Part shown: positions 63,382 to 64,000 of the stretch, in pieces
How the letters are laid out: each line of letters opens with the position of its first letter
Position numbering within the stretch: position 1 is the first letter of the stretch
Assembly: GCA_963676395.1 (NCBI GenBank)
Contig: OY781066.1
Coordinates: 832,001 to 896,000 of the forward strand
Source: a bacterium
GTDB lineage: Bacteria > Fidelibacterota > Fidelibacteria > Fidelibacterales > Fidelibacteraceae
DNA: 64,000 nucleotides
Reading direction: 5' to 3'
Translations under genes and position numbers: made by a program
Notes under the pieces: model-generated
Told to the model about the DNA's origin: nothing
Database searches by the model: none
What the model saw: only the letters and a program-made list of their open reading frames with translations

Positions 63382-63578
63382 TTAACCTAGATCGCGAATA
63401 GGTACGAGGGTATAATAAATACCTACAAGAATGAAAACCCTACCGGTAATTTTACGCACCCGGATATCGATCTATGTCAGCTTGGTAAATATCTTGCTAA
63501 CTAATTTTGTAGCAAAGGCAAGTAGAGGATAACCGGCAAGGCAGTTGCGATACCATAAAATATCACTAGGATGGGAAA
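63382..63578 (-). pseudogene. 3' fragment of ArsG/CcdA-like permease, copy 2
   Basis: Same sequence as 61114-61332, same TAG (63472-63474), two small deletions relative to copy 1. Confidence 0.55.
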
Positions 63579-63579
63579 G

Positions 63580-63624
63580 TGGTACGCCATCAGGAACTTG
63601 AACCCAGAACCATCGGCTTAACAA
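63580..63624 (-). pseudogene. Degenerate tRNA 3' half, att-like relic, copy 2
   Basis: Identical to 61334-61378. Confidence 0.6.
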
Positions 63625-63900
63625 TACAGTGGAAACCCTTTATTTATGAGGATTTTACGTTTCATGTGTACCAAGATGTGGCTGGTGAGTGGACGTTTAT
63701 GATTTTAGATGTTTTGAGTAATAATAATGCGTGGACTAGCTTGTTTGACATATTTATTGGACTCCTTTGCTACATAAAAAGGTCTCTTAATTTCTTACCT
63801 TAAACTGTCCACTTCAGGCTGACGTTAAATACGATCAATTTTTGAATCTTAACTTTGCAATTATGAAAAACAACCTAAATATTGATAAAAGGGCTATGAT

Positions 63901-63927
63901 AAAAAGAGAGCTCAATTGAGCTCTCTT
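63901..63927 (-). terminator. Intrinsic terminator
   Basis: aagagagctc-aatt-gagctctctt with A-run on + strand. Confidence 0.7.
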
Positions 63928-63958
63928 ATATTATTTATCACAATTTCAATATTATTTG

Positions 63959-64000
63959 CTACTTAACATAAATCACTTTTTGAGAATTAATTAAATCACC
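63959..64000 (-). CDS. 3' end of another sorting-domain protein (partial)
   Basis: Manual translation GDLINSQKVIYVK*, resembling the QKIAFVK/QKVMYLR ends; terminator follows. Confidence 0.6.
   Translation of the reverse strand, partial: GDLINSQKVIYVK

Noticed and set aside
47363..63474. Genome-wide TAG-to-Gln recoding, suggested by in-frame TAGs at 47363, 61204 and 63472
   Set aside because: TAG ends several genes at their natural C-termini (DUF3467, mazG, zinc-ribbon gene, photolyase, the 55841/59797/61595 genes); two of the three TAGs are copies of one dead fragment
55771..63700. Diversity-generating retroelement or integron cassette array
   Set aside because: No reverse transcriptase, no adenine-restricted variation, no integron integrase or convincing attC; genes have their own terminators
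63579..63803. 74-aa + strand ORF MVRHQELEPRT
   Set aside because: Typical antisense translation of a tRNA 3' end

Overview
64-kb window of an AT-rich diderm bacterium. lpxH, rho and many secreted proteins with a YPNPFNP-type C-terminal sorting domain suggest the FCB superphylum, possibly Marinimicrobia-like (inference). Most of it is housekeeping or metabolic: SDRs, NlpC/P60, lpxH, malQ, MATE, trkAH, tRNA-Glu, a NifX/MinD-ferredoxin cluster, the HD-hydrolase-ybeY-corC-mazG operon, recJ, rnpB, split nrdJ with tandem NrdR boxes, rho, an Ntn-hydrolase, photolyase, mscS and corA. Three regions stand out. (1) A visibly AT-richer defence island at ~21.3-24.9 kb: SMODS/CD-NTase with a Gly-containing C-terminal tail, a coupled E2-like protein, a SLATT 2TM effector and an orphan RloA/AbiLi-type ABC ATPase, i.e. 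a minimal type II-like CBASS with an atypical fourth gene. (2) A multi-PAS hybrid histidine kinase interrupted by one in-frame TAG. (3) From 55.8 kb to the window end, an array of secreted-protein genes with near-identical C-terminal modules and terminators but exchangeable N-terminal domains. Its tandem units carry a relic tRNA-Lys 3' half (att-like) and a dead arsG-like fragment. All family assignments are by motif recognition; no searches were run.
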